DNA of 64,000 bases from NCBI GenBank assembly GCA_903831595.1, contig CAIKXY010000004.1, positions 7,152 through 71,151 on the forward strand, in the 5' to 3' direction. The DNA comes from an uncultured bacterium (GTDB lineage: Bacteria; Patescibacteriota; Minisyncoccia; Phycocordibacterales; GWA1-40-21). The notes beneath the pieces were generated by a model. It had not been told where the DNA came from, did not search any database, and worked only from the letters and a program-made list of their open reading frames with translations. How positions within the stretch are numbered: the first letter of the stretch is position 1; each line of letters starts with the position of its first letter. This document shows positions 20,303 through 29,370 of this stretch, piece by piece. The position numbers and the translations under genes were made by a program.

Positions 20303-23300
20303 ATGATAAAAACTAAACAATCATCAGATCAAAATTTCAACACCATTTCCATTCGAGTTGCTTCACCAGAAGTTATTGCAAAATGGTCTTTTGGAGAAAT
20401 TACAAAACCAGAAACTATAAACTATAGAACTCAAAGATCAGAAAGAGGTGGTCTTTTTGATGAAAAAATATTTGGACCAGATAAAGATTACGAATGTTAT
20501 TGCGGAAAATACAAAGGGATCAGATACAAAGGAATCATTTGTGAAAAATGCGGAGTTGAAATCACAAGATCAATTGTTAGAAGAGAGAGAATGGGACACA
20601 TAGAATTGTCTACACCTGTTTCTCATATTTGGTTTTTAAGAGGTATTCCATCAAGACTTGGAGCAGTTATGGGAATGTCAGTCGCTGACCTTGAAAAAGT
20701 TATTTACTTCGCTGGATACATTATTACAAAAATTTCTCAACCAGAAAAAGATAGGATTATCAAAGAAATTGAAAATGAATTCAAAAACAAAGTAAAAAAT
20801 GTCACCGATGACAAGACAAAAGAGGCTTTGAAAGAAATGGCACAAAATGCCAAGAAAGAAGTTGAAAGTATTGTCGAAGGAAAAGTTTTAGATGAAGCAA
20901 ACTATCATAAATTCTCAATAAAATATGGTGCAGCATTCGAAGCGGGCATCGGGGGAGAAACAATTTTTGAAATCCTAAAGAAAATTAATCTTGAAGATTT
21001 AGAAAAGAAAATTGTTGCCGGACTAGAAAAATCAAATACTGCTGATACAGAAAAATTAAACAAGAGATTGAGCTTAATTAGAATGATGATTGCATCAAAA
21101 TCAAGACCAGAATGGATGTTTCTTACAAAAATTCCAGTTATTCCACCAGCACTTCGCCCTATGGTTCCGCTTGATGGAGGAAGATTTGCTACATCAGACG
21201 TAAACGATCTTTATAGAAGAGTTATAAATAGAAATAACAGACTTTTGAAATTGAAAGAAATCAGCGCACCAGATGTTATTTTGAGAAACGAAAAAAGAAT
21301 TCTTCAAGAAGCAGTTGATGCTTTGATCGACAATTCTATTAGACACGGAAACGCATTATTCTCAGCAATGGGTTCTGCTTCAAGCAAGAGACCATTAAAA
21401 TCACTTGCAGACAATTTGAAAGGAAAGAGAGGTTTGTTTAGACAAAACCTTTTGGGTAAACGTGTAGATTATTCTGGTAGATCAGTTATCGTCGTTGGTC
21501 CAGAATTAAATCTTGACCAGTGTGGACTTCCAAAACACATGGCTCTTGAATTATTTAGACCATTTATTATTTCTGAACTTTTGAAAAAAGAACTTGCTTA
21601 CAATATAAGAGGTGCTGGCAGACTTATCGACGATGGCGCACCTGAAGTTTGGGCAATTCTTGAAGAAGTAATCAAAGACAAATACGTTCTCTTAAACAGA
21701 GCTCCAACCCTTCATAGACTTGGTATTCAAGCATTTAGACCTATTCTTATTGAAGGACACGCTATTCAGGTTCACCCACTTGTATGTTCTGCTTTCAACG
21801 CAGACTTCGACGGAGATCAAATGGCAGTTCACGTTCCACTTGGAGAAGAAGCACAAAAAGAAGCAAAAGAAATTATGGCTTCCGACAAAAACGTTCTCAA
21901 ACCAGGAGACGGAGATCCAACAATTTCATTTAAACTTTTGGATATCGCGCTTGGTTGTTATTGGATGACAAAAATTATTCCTGGAGAAAAAGGTGAAGGA
22001 AAATATTTTCAATCAACAAACTCAGCTATTACGGCAAGAGACTTTGGAATAATTACATACAGAACAAAAATTCACGTTTTGCCTTCGACGAAAGCAAAAT
22101 ATGCACAATTTGAAGGAAAGCTTTTTGAAACAACTGTTGGAAGATTATTGTTCAACAGTGTACTTCCATCAGATTATCCATTCGTAAATAAAGAAGTTGA
22201 TATAAAACTTTTGAGAAAAATTATTGATGACCTTATCATTCAACACGGACCAGACAATATTGCTCCTATCATGGACAAGATTAAAAACTTTGGATTCAAG
22301 TTTGCAAGCGTCTCAGGTATCACATGGGGTATTGATGATGTTCAAGTTCCAAAAGAAAAAGACAGTGTTATAAATTCTGCAAAAACAAAATCAATAGAAG
22401 TTTCTGACCAATTCACAGAAGGTTTACTTACTGATGAGGAAAGAGTTAGAAAAAATGTTGAAATTTGGCAAGGTGCAAAAAATGAATTGGAAAAACTTAT
22501 TCCAGACACTCTAGACCACAACAGCTCTGTATACGACATGTGGAAGTCAGGAGCAAGAGGATCTTTGGGATCTCTTGTACAGATGGTTGGTATGAAAGGT
22601 ATGATTCAAAATACAATGGGAGAAACTATTGAGTTCCCAGTTATCAATTCATCAAAAGAAGGTTTTACTCCGATTGAATACTTCATTACCACTCACGGCT
22701 CAAGAAAAGGTCTTACAGATACAGCGCTAAACACTGCAAAAGCCGGTTATCTTACAAGAAGATTGTTTGATATCGCACAAGATATCATTATCAAAGAAGA
22801 GGACTGCGGTACAAAAGATTCTATTATTGTCAGCAGAAATACTGGAAAAGATACTGGTTCATCTGTTGCAAAAAATATTAGAGGAAGAATTTTGGCCGAA
22901 GATGCTATCGGTAATGATGGAAAAGTATTATTCAAGAAAGGTACTCTTCTTACAAAGAATGATGCACAAGCAATAGAAAAAGCAGAAGTCGAAAATATTT
23001 CTGTTAGATCACCACTTGTTTGTAAAACACTTCACGGTATTTGTGCAAAATGTTACGGTATGGATCTTGGAAAAGGAATTCTTATCGATGTTGGAGAAGC
23101 TGTCGGTACTATCGCAGCTCAAGCTATCGGTGAACCAGGAACTCAGCTTACAATGAGAACATTCCACGCCGGAGGAGCAGCATCAGCAGGTGGAGATATT
23201 ACACAAGGTTTGCCTAGAGTTGAAGAAATCTTTGAAAAGAGAAGACCAAAAAATCCAGCTATCATTGCAACAGTCAACGGTGTTGTTACATCAGTAAAGG

Positions 23301-23977
23301 ATTTTGGAAAAGAAAAAATAATTACAGTCATTCCAGATCTTGAAGACAAAGGTAAATCAAAAAAATCAGGAGAAATTGAATACGTATTCAATCCAAAGAG
23401 AGTTGTACACGTAAAACAAGGAGACAAGATTACAAAAGGACAATTACTTACAGACGGTTCTGCAGATGTTGATGAAATATTTGAATTTGCTGGAAGAAAT
23501 AAAGCAATTGAATATATTATCACTGAGGTCAGCAAACCTTACGAATTGCAAGGTGCTGCTGTTGCAAGAAAACACATTGAGATTATTGTTAAACAAATGT
23601 TCTCAAAAAAAGTTGTATCAAATCCTGGTTCTTCAAATCTTTGCGTTGGCGACATTATAGACGAGCTAGATTTGAAACTTGAAAATGAAGAAATAAAAGA
23701 AAATAAAGGTGAGTTACTAGAAGCAAAGCCTGTAGTCATGGGTATCACCGAATCATCACTTTCAAGAAGAAGCTGGTTGTCAGCCGCATCATTCCAACAC
23801 ACAGTAAGAATCCTTATTAACGCTGCAATCAAAGGTACAAACGATAGCCTTATCGGTCTAAAAGAAAATGTTATAATTGGTAGAATAATTCCAGCAGGAA
23901 CAGGTTTCGTCGGAAGCAAGAAACACGAAATGATTCAAGAAGTTCAAAAGCAGTTTGAAGACGAAGCTGAGTACTAA
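20303..23977 (+). CDS. rpoC: RNA polymerase beta-prime subunit
   Basis: NADFDGD catalytic loop, Zn-finger Cys, IGEPGTQLTMRTFH. Confidence 0.99.
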   Translation: MIKTKQSSDQNFNTISIRVASPEVIAKWSFGEITKPETINYRTQRSERGGLFDEKIFGPDKDYECYCGKYKGIRYKGIICEKCGVEITRSIVRRERMGHIELSTPVSHIWFLRGIPSRLGAVMGMSVADLEKVIYFAGYIITKISQPEKDRIIKEIENEFKNKVKNVTDDKTKEALKEMAQNAKKEVESIVEGKVLDEANYHKFSIKYGAAFEAGIGGETIFEILKKINLEDLEKKIVAGLEKSNTADTEKLNKRLSLIRMMIASKSRPEWMFLTKIPVIPPALRPMVPLDGGRFATSDVNDLYRRVINRNNRLLKLKEISAPDVILRNEKRILQEAVDALIDNSIRHGNALFSAMGSASSKRPLKSLADNLKGKRGLFRQNLLGKRVDYSGRSVIVVGPELNLDQCGLPKHMALELFRPFIISELLKKELAYNIRGAGRLIDDGAPEVWAILEEVIKDKYVLLNRAPTLHRLGIQAFRPILIEGHAIQVHPLVCSAFNADFDGDQMAVHVPLGEEAQKEAKEIMASDKNVLKPGDGDPTISFKLLDIALGCYWMTKIIPGEKGEGKYFQSTNSAITARDFGIITYRTKIHVLPSTKAKYAQFEGKLFETTVGRLLFNSVLPSDYPFVNKEVDIKLLRKIIDDLIIQHGPDNIAPIMDKIKNFGFKFASVSGITWGIDDVQVPKEKDSVINSAKTKSIEVSDQFTEGLLTDEERVRKNVEIWQGAKNELEKLIPDTLDHNSSVYDMWKSGARGSLGSLVQMVGMKGMIQNTMGETIEFPVINSSKEGFTPIEYFITTHGSRKGLTDTALNTAKAGYLTRRLFDIAQDIIIKEEDCGTKDSIIVSRNTGKDTGSSVAKNIRGRILAEDAIGNDGKVLFKKGTLLTKNDAQAIEKAEVENISVRSPLVCKTLHGICAKCYGMDLGKGILIDVGEAVGTIAAQAIGEPGTQLTMRTFHAGGAASAGGDITQGLPRVEEIFEKRRPKNPAIIATVNGVVTSVKDFGKEKIITVIPDLEDKGKSKKSGEIEYVFNPKRVVHVKQGDKITKGQLLTDGSADVDEIFEFAGRNKAIEYIITEVSKPYELQGAAVARKHIEIIVKQMFSKKVVSNPGSSNLCVGDIIDELDLKLENEEIKENKGELLEAKPVVMGITESSLSRRSWLSAASFQHTVRILINAAIKGTNDSLIGLKENVIIGRIIPAGTGFVGSKKHEMIQEVQKQFEDEAEY

Positions 23978-24025
23978 TTGTTAGTGTTTAGAATTGGAAT
24001 TTGATTTTTTAAGTTAATTTAAAAC

Positions 24026-25759
24026 ATGTCATCTTCCGTAGAACAAATAAAAGAAAGATTAAGCATACAAGATGTTGTTGGCTCATATCTAAAATTAGAG
24101 AAAGCCGGCAATAGCTTGAAAGCAAGGTGTCCTTTTCACAATGAAAAGACGCCATCTTTCTTCGTGTCACCAGACAGATCAAGCTATTACTGTTTTGGAT
24201 GCGGAAAAAATGGAGATATTTTTACATTTGTTCAAGAATTCGAAGGAATTGACTTTATTGGCGCATTAAAAATACTTGCAGACAAAGCTGGCGTCACACT
24301 AGAAAAATTCACATCAAAAACGGGCGATAAAAAAGAAAGATTGTATCAGCTCATGGAAGCTGTAACATTATTTTTGCAAAGAAATTTGCAGTCAGAGGAG
24401 ATACCATTAAGCTACTTGAAAAAAAGAGGGCTTAAAGACGAAACAATTAAAAATTGGAGAATCGGCTATGTCCGCGATGAATGGCGTACAATTTCCGACC
24501 ACTTAAAATCAAAGGGCTTCTTAGATGACGAGATTGAAAGGGCAGGAATATCAAAAACTGAAGGAAAAAATACCTATGACAGATTCCGTGGAAGAATTAT
24601 GTTTCCAATTTTTGACAGCGCCAGCAGAGTTATCGCATTTTCTGGAAGAATACTTCACGACGATGGACAGTCCGCAAAATATTTAAATTCACCCCAAACT
24701 GAGCTTTTTGACAAATCAAAAGTTCTTTACGGATACGACAAAGCAAAACAATCAATCAGAAAATTTGATTTCTCAATTTTAGTTGAAGGACAAATGGATA
24801 TTTTGATGGCTCATCAAGCTGGATTTACAAACACAGTCGCATCATCCGGCACCGCGCTCACAAGCGAACACCTATCGCTTCTAAAAAGAATTTCAAATAA
24901 AATAATCATGTCTTTTGATTCCGACAATGCCGGAGCAAAAGCTGCAGAAAGGGGATGGGCACTGGCACTTTCTTGCGGAATGGATGTCAAAATCGCCGAA
25001 ATTCCAAAAGGTTTTGATCCAGCCGATTTAATTTTGAAAGACAAAGAAGAATTCAAAAACACCATTAAATACTCAATTTTCCTTATAGACTTCTTACTAA
25101 ATAGAGTAAAAGCGGAAATATCAGACAAAAAGAAGCTTTGGCAAACAATAAAAACAAAAGTTTTGCCTTACATTTATTTACTAGATGGAAATACCGAAAG
25201 AAGCAGATATGTCAAAAAAATATCTGAAATGATTGATACGAAAGAAGATTTTATTTGGGACGACCTAAAGAAAGTGAAGCTCGACGAAGAATTCCAGCCA
25301 AAAACACAGACGGAAAATAAAACGATTGAGAAACAAATGGGAGAAGAAATATTAAAAAATGGTTCAGTTGAGAAAAATCTTGCCGTAATACTCGCAAAAC
25401 AAGAAAGTTTAAAAATAAACACTTCAAAAGTACAAGAACAAATCAAAAATATTACTGGTGAAGAAAAATTTAATAATTTTCTAAAAGAATACAAAGAAAA
25501 AATAGACGAGTTAACTTTTGAAGCAGAAAATTATTATGGCGATGTAAAAGAAGAAAAATTAATCAAAGAAACAGAATATCTGATCTTAAATCTTCGCGAA
25601 GAATATTTCAAAAAAGAACTTGAAAAACTTCTTATAAATCTAAAAGTCGCAGAGAAAGAAAAAACGATAGAAAAAATAAACGCAATATCAATCCGCTTAA
25701 AAGAAATTATGCAAAAATTGAGTGATATAAAAAAAGAGAAGCATGAATTTTATAAATAG
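24026..25759 (+). CDS. dnaG: DNA primase
   Basis: CPFH.EKTPSF...CFGC Zn finger, KYLNSP, VEG.MD, FD.D.AG TOPRIM. Confidence 0.97.
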   Translation: MSSSVEQIKERLSIQDVVGSYLKLEKAGNSLKARCPFHNEKTPSFFVSPDRSSYYCFGCGKNGDIFTFVQEFEGIDFIGALKILADKAGVTLEKFTSKTGDKKERLYQLMEAVTLFLQRNLQSEEIPLSYLKKRGLKDETIKNWRIGYVRDEWRTISDHLKSKGFLDDEIERAGISKTEGKNTYDRFRGRIMFPIFDSASRVIAFSGRILHDDGQSAKYLNSPQTELFDKSKVLYGYDKAKQSIRKFDFSILVEGQMDILMAHQAGFTNTVASSGTALTSEHLSLLKRISNKIIMSFDSDNAGAKAAERGWALALSCGMDVKIAEIPKGFDPADLILKDKEEFKNTIKYSIFLIDFLLNRVKAEISDKKKLWQTIKTKVLPYIYLLDGNTERSRYVKKISEMIDTKEDFIWDDLKKVKLDEEFQPKTQTENKTIEKQMGEEILKNGSVEKNLAVILAKQESLKINTSKVQEQIKNITGEEKFNNFLKEYKEKIDELTFEAENYYGDVKEEKLIKETEYLILNLREEYFKKELEKLLINLKVAEKEKTIEKINAISIRLKEIMQKLSDIKKEKHEFYK

Positions 25760-25788
25760 TTTGTAAAGGTCAATATTTATTAGCAGTG

Positions 25789-25861
25789 TGTCATTCCCGC
25801 GTAGGCGGGAATCCAGTGTAAATTAAATTAATACTGGATCCCCGCATCCGCGAGGATGACA
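25789..25861. repeat. REP-like composite palindromic element (dRS3/RPE-like)
   Basis: TGTCATTCCCGCGTAGGCGGGAATCCAGT...ACTGGATCCCCGCATCCGCGAGGATGACA: two inverted GC-rich palindromic units around an AT spacer. Confidence 0.75.
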
Positions 25862-25879
25862 AAAATATAATAACAATTT

Positions 25880-27082
25880 ATGAAGAAACACAAAAAAACA
25901 AAGAAAATTTCAAAGGGTAAGCCTAAGGTCAAAAAGACCAAGAAAACCCCTAAAAAGGCCGTTTCTAAGGCCAAAAAGGCACAAAAAACGCCTAAGGTTA
26001 CCTTAAAACAGCGAGATTTGGACCTCAAAGCCGACAAGCTCATCTCAAAAGGACGAGAGCGTGGCTTTATTACCTATGACGAAATTTTGAAAGAATTTCC
26101 AAAAGTTGAAGACGATGTAATGTTTCTTGATGACCTTTACAACAAATTAGTTGTCGCCGGCATAGACGTGCTTGAAGGAGGTGGAATGCTCGAAGTTGAT
26201 GAAGAGCAAATAAAAAAATATTCTACATATGGCACAAGAAGTGCGGACGCTGGCTACGATTCTATCCAAATATATTTGAAAGAAATAGGGCAATATCCGC
26301 TCATCAACGCTTCAATGGAAAAAGATCTTGCAAGAAAAATCCAGCAAGGTGATATGGAAGCAAAAAATCTTCTCGCAAAAGCCAACTTGCGTCTCGTCGT
26401 TTCTATCGCAAAAAAATATGTTGGAAGAAGTGCAGACCTTACACTTTTGGACCTCATTCAAGAAGGAAATCTTGGTTTGTTTAAAGCTGTAGATAAATTT
26501 GACTGGACAAAAGGTTTCAAATTCTCCACATATGCAACTTGGTGGATTCGCCAAGCCATCACAAGAGCACTCGCAGACCAATCAAGAACAATCCGTGTCC
26601 CGGTGCACATGGTGGAAACAATCGCAAAATACAAACAAGTTTTCAGAAGATTGTCACAAGATTTGGGTAGAGAACCTCTTTCAGAAGAAATAGCAACAGA
26701 AATGGGACTTGAAATAGAAAAAGTTTATATGATTGAAAAAATCGACCAAGACACAGTTTCTTTGGAAGCTCCTGTTGGTGAAGATGATGACGGCAAATCA
26801 ACTCTCGGAGATTTTGTCGCGGATGATAAAATACTTTCTCCCGACCAAGAATCTTCAAGAAGAATTCTTTCCGACCAAGTCAAAGAAATTTTGAATGACC
26901 TTTCACTTAAAGAAAAGAAAATTCTTGAAATGAGACACGGTTTGAATGATGGTATCACTCACACCCTTGAAGAAGTAGGCCTTGAATTCGGCGTCACAAG
27001 AGAGCGTATTCGACAAATTGAAGCTAAGGCTCACGAAAAAATAAGACAGCATGAGAAGATAAATCGGCTACAAAGTTATTAA
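25880..27082 (+). CDS. rpoD: Primary sigma factor with Lys-rich N-terminal extension
   Basis: [44 protein letters not shown]. Confidence 0.97.
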   Translation: MKKHKKTKKISKGKPKVKKTKKTPKKAVSKAKKAQKTPKVTLKQRDLDLKADKLISKGRERGFITYDEILKEFPKVEDDVMFLDDLYNKLVVAGIDVLEGGGMLEVDEEQIKKYSTYGTRSADAGYDSIQIYLKEIGQYPLINASMEKDLARKIQQGDMEAKNLLAKANLRLVVSIAKKYVGRSADLTLLDLIQEGNLGLFKAVDKFDWTKGFKFSTYATWWIRQAITRALADQSRTIRVPVHMVETIAKYKQVFRRLSQDLGREPLSEEIATEMGLEIEKVYMIEKIDQDTVSLEAPVGEDDDGKSTLGDFVADDKILSPDQESSRRILSDQVKEILNDLSLKEKKILEMRHGLNDGITHTLEEVGLEFGVTRERIRQIEAKAHEKIRQHEKINRLQSY

Positions 27083-27085
27083 AAC

Positions 27086-27116
27086 AAAAAAACAGCTCAA
27101 AATGAGCTGTTTTTTT
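27086..27116. terminator. Bidirectional intrinsic terminator after rpoD
   Basis: A7-CAGCTCA-aaa-TGAGCTG-T7. Confidence 0.85.
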
Positions 27117-27150
27117 AAATGAATAATAATACAATTATGTTAAAATATAA

Positions 27151-28740
27151 GTGATGAAACAGCTAACCAAAACAGACTTTATACTATATAGAGAATGTGC
27201 CAAAAATGTTTGGATTAAATGGCATATGCCGGAAGAATATAAAAAATTCCCAATTTCAAAATTTGAACAATCTTTGGGTGTGATGGGAAATGAAGTTGAA
27301 AAGCTAGCACGGGGAATGTTTCCAGATGGCTATTTGGTTGAAAAAAGAAGTGAAGGGGCGCAGGAGCTTACGAAGAAGCTGATGCTCGTGCATACGCCCA
27401 TCATATTTCAAGCGGTTTTCAGTACCGACAAGTATTTGGCCGCAACAGACGTCCTAAAATGGAACAAAGAAGCAAAAGCCTACGATTTGTACGAAATTAA
27501 AATGTCTTCCACAGAAGGCGAGAACGACGATGTATTGGAGGATGGTAAAGAGCCTAAGGTCAACAAAAAGAAAGAACTTCAATACGAATACGACTTGGCC
27601 TTTCAAACAAATGTTGCCAAACTTTGCGGTGTAAATTTTAATAAAAAATACCTTGTTCGTTTAAATAAAAAATACAAAAGAGTAGGGGATTTAGATTATT
27701 CAAAATTATTTGAAATTACAGACAAAACAGAAGTCTTAAACGAAACTTTTTTATCAATCGCTCTCACAGAAATGAATTCTGCTTATGAATATTTATCTGC
27801 GAAAAATACACCAATCGGCAGATGTTCTTGTTATTACAAAGGCCGTTCATCACACTGCACATCTTTCAGTATAAGCAATCCTGATGTGCCAACATACAGC
27901 GTTCACGATTTAAATAGAATTGGAAATAGTAAAAAATTGCTTGGCGAATTACTAAATGAAGGAATATTAAAAGTTGATGACGTTCCAGAAGAAATGGTAA
28001 AGCCCAAGAAGGCGAAAAAAGGTGAGGAAGATAAAAAACCAATCAAGCTCAACCAAGTCCGAGTTTATAAAACAAAACAGCCAATAATTGATATTGAAGC
28101 CATTAAAATGGAGCTAAATTCGCTCAAATTCCCCCTATATTTCCTTGATTATGAGACATACCCGACAGCTATTCCGCCATTTAGCGGTTATCATCCATAC
28201 CAGCACATTGTCTTTCAATATTCTTTACATATTTTAAAAAGTAAAGATGCAGAACTTGAACACAAAGAATGTTTGATACTAGAAGGAGATCCTGCAGAGA
28301 AAATCGTTGCAAGCTTGAGAGAAAATATTGGAGATACCGGAAGCGTAATTTCTTGGTATAAAAGTTTTGAAAATTCTAGAAACAAAGAACTCGCGGGGCT
28401 TGTGCCAGAGCAAGCAGAATTTTTGCATTCTGTAATTGAGCGCACTTATGATTTGATGGATATTGTTGATAAGCAGTATTATGTCCATCATGGATTCAAA
28501 GGAAGCTCATCAATCAAAAAAGTTCAGCCAGTAATAGCTCCCAATTTTTCATACAAAGACCTTGATGTTCAAAATGGAACTATGGCGATAGAAGCATACA
28601 GACAAATATCAGTAGGGGAACTCAAAGGCAAGGAAGTGGAAGAAAAAAGAAAACAAATGCTCAAATACTGCGAGTATGATACTTTGATTATGTATAAAAT
28701 TTGGAAATTCTTTATTGATTTGGTGGCTAAGAAAGAGTAA
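27151..28740 (+). CDS. DUF2779 domain protein (Cas4-like PD-(D/E)xK N-terminal domain plus DEDD/RNase H-like C-terminal domain)
   Basis: L.K.DF..Y.EC.K..W, D.L....YEIK.S, DLAFQ, FLDYET, P...FQYSLH, F.GS.SIK.V, YC..DT. Confidence 0.85.
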   Translation: MMKQLTKTDFILYRECAKNVWIKWHMPEEYKKFPISKFEQSLGVMGNEVEKLARGMFPDGYLVEKRSEGAQELTKKLMLVHTPIIFQAVFSTDKYLAATDVLKWNKEAKAYDLYEIKMSSTEGENDDVLEDGKEPKVNKKKELQYEYDLAFQTNVAKLCGVNFNKKYLVRLNKKYKRVGDLDYSKLFEITDKTEVLNETFLSIALTEMNSAYEYLSAKNTPIGRCSCYYKGRSSHCTSFSISNPDVPTYSVHDLNRIGNSKKLLGELLNEGILKVDDVPEEMVKPKKAKKGEEDKKPIKLNQVRVYKTKQPIIDIEAIKMELNSLKFPLYFLDYETYPTAIPPFSGYHPYQHIVFQYSLHILKSKDAELEHKECLILEGDPAEKIVASLRENIGDTGSVISWYKSFENSRNKELAGLVPEQAEFLHSVIERTYDLMDIVDKQYYVHHGFKGSSSIKKVQPVIAPNFSYKDLDVQNGTMAIEAYRQISVGELKGKEVEEKRKQMLKYCEYDTLIMYKIWKFFIDLVAKKE

Positions 28741-28779
28741 TTTTAGTAATTGAAAATATTTATCGGTATGCTAATATTT

Positions 28780-28901
28780 AATTACCACCCAGTTGTTTGG
28801 GAGTTAGGAAGTGTGTTTACCGGAAAAAACATACTTCAAACCTCCAAAATTGTTGGTTGTATTTAAAGAGTCGTTCAGCCGGGTGAACGACTCCTTTTTT
28901 T
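28780..28901 (+). ncRNA. Candidate ~120-nt small RNA (rod-like stem plus terminator)
   Basis: TTGAAA(28750)-N16-TAATAT with extended TG; 11-bp stem 28808-18/28827-37 inside a longer imperfect rod; 10-bp terminator 28868-93 followed by a T run. Confidence 0.5.
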
Positions 28902-28917
28902 ATGTTAAATATTATTA

Positions 28918-28946
28918 CAATTGCCGAGGCTCTACCTCGGCGAATT
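28918..28946 (-). repeat. REP-like palindrome, inverted variant copy
   Basis: CCGAGGCTCTACCTCGG; its reverse complement differs by 1 nt from the core CCGAGGTGGAGCCTCGG of the two direct copies. Confidence 0.75.
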
Positions 28947-28953
28947 ATATAAT

Positions 28954-28984
28954 ATTTTTCCCCGAGGTGGAGCCTCGGGGAAGT
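28954..28984 (+). repeat. REP-like palindrome, direct copy 1
   Basis: ATTTTTCCCCGAGGTGGAGCCTCGGGGAAGT, identical to 29371-29401. Confidence 0.9.
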
Positions 28985-29000
28985 GTGATCAATTGTGTGC

Positions 29001-29028
29001 TTGACAAATATTTTACTTGTCCTATAAT
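29001..29028 (+). promoter_or_regulatory. Consensus sigma70 promoter with no credible downstream CDS
   Basis: TTGACA-N16-TATAAT. Confidence 0.8.
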
Positions 29029-29034
29029 ATGTTC

Positions 29035-29370
29035 ACGGCAATCGGAGGCGGGTCCGAGCAGTGCACCCATGTTGCACTTGCGAAAAGCCAGTAGTTCTTT
29101 TATTTTTCACGAAGTCAGTCTGGTATTTAATGCCCGCTACATATCCAGACTGATATTTGGGAAAGGGGGAAATGAGTATAACCGGTCATATCTATACTTG
29201 TTTCTCAAACTTATGAAGTATCGGGAGTAGTTTCAAACGGTTGGAACTACTCCTAAGCATTAATATAACGGGCAAACAGGCGACTGTCACCGAGGATAAT
29301 ACCTGTTTGTATGACCAAGTGCTTCAATTAAGCTAGTCACATCGGTGTAGACTAGCTTATTTTATTGCCA
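29035..29370 (+). ncRNA. Candidate large structured ncRNA of unknown class
   Basis: Own promoter; closing helix GGCAAT/ATTGCC; seven hairpins (5-14 bp, many G-U pairs in + orientation); several loop complementarities. Confidence 0.7.

Noticed and set aside
28811-29230. 139-aa ORF in the track
   Set aside because: It reads through a strong terminator, palindromic repeats and a consensus promoter, with no recognisable motif; treated as spurious
29035-29370. CRISPR or TIGR-type array interpretation of the regularly spaced hairpins
   Set aside because: Stems share no sequence, there is no constant period or repeated box motif, and no cas or Nop-domain gene lies in the window
29035-29370. RNase P RNA (3' GCUUAU and AAAGCC resemble P4 strands)
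   Set aside because: GAGGAAAGUCC and ACAGAA consensus segments are absent, and the GCUUA segment is in a perfect local 10-bp hairpin; an Rfam search is still advisable
29035-29370. Retron msr-msd or DGR template
   Set aside because: No reverse transcriptase in the window and no A-mismatched repeat pair seen
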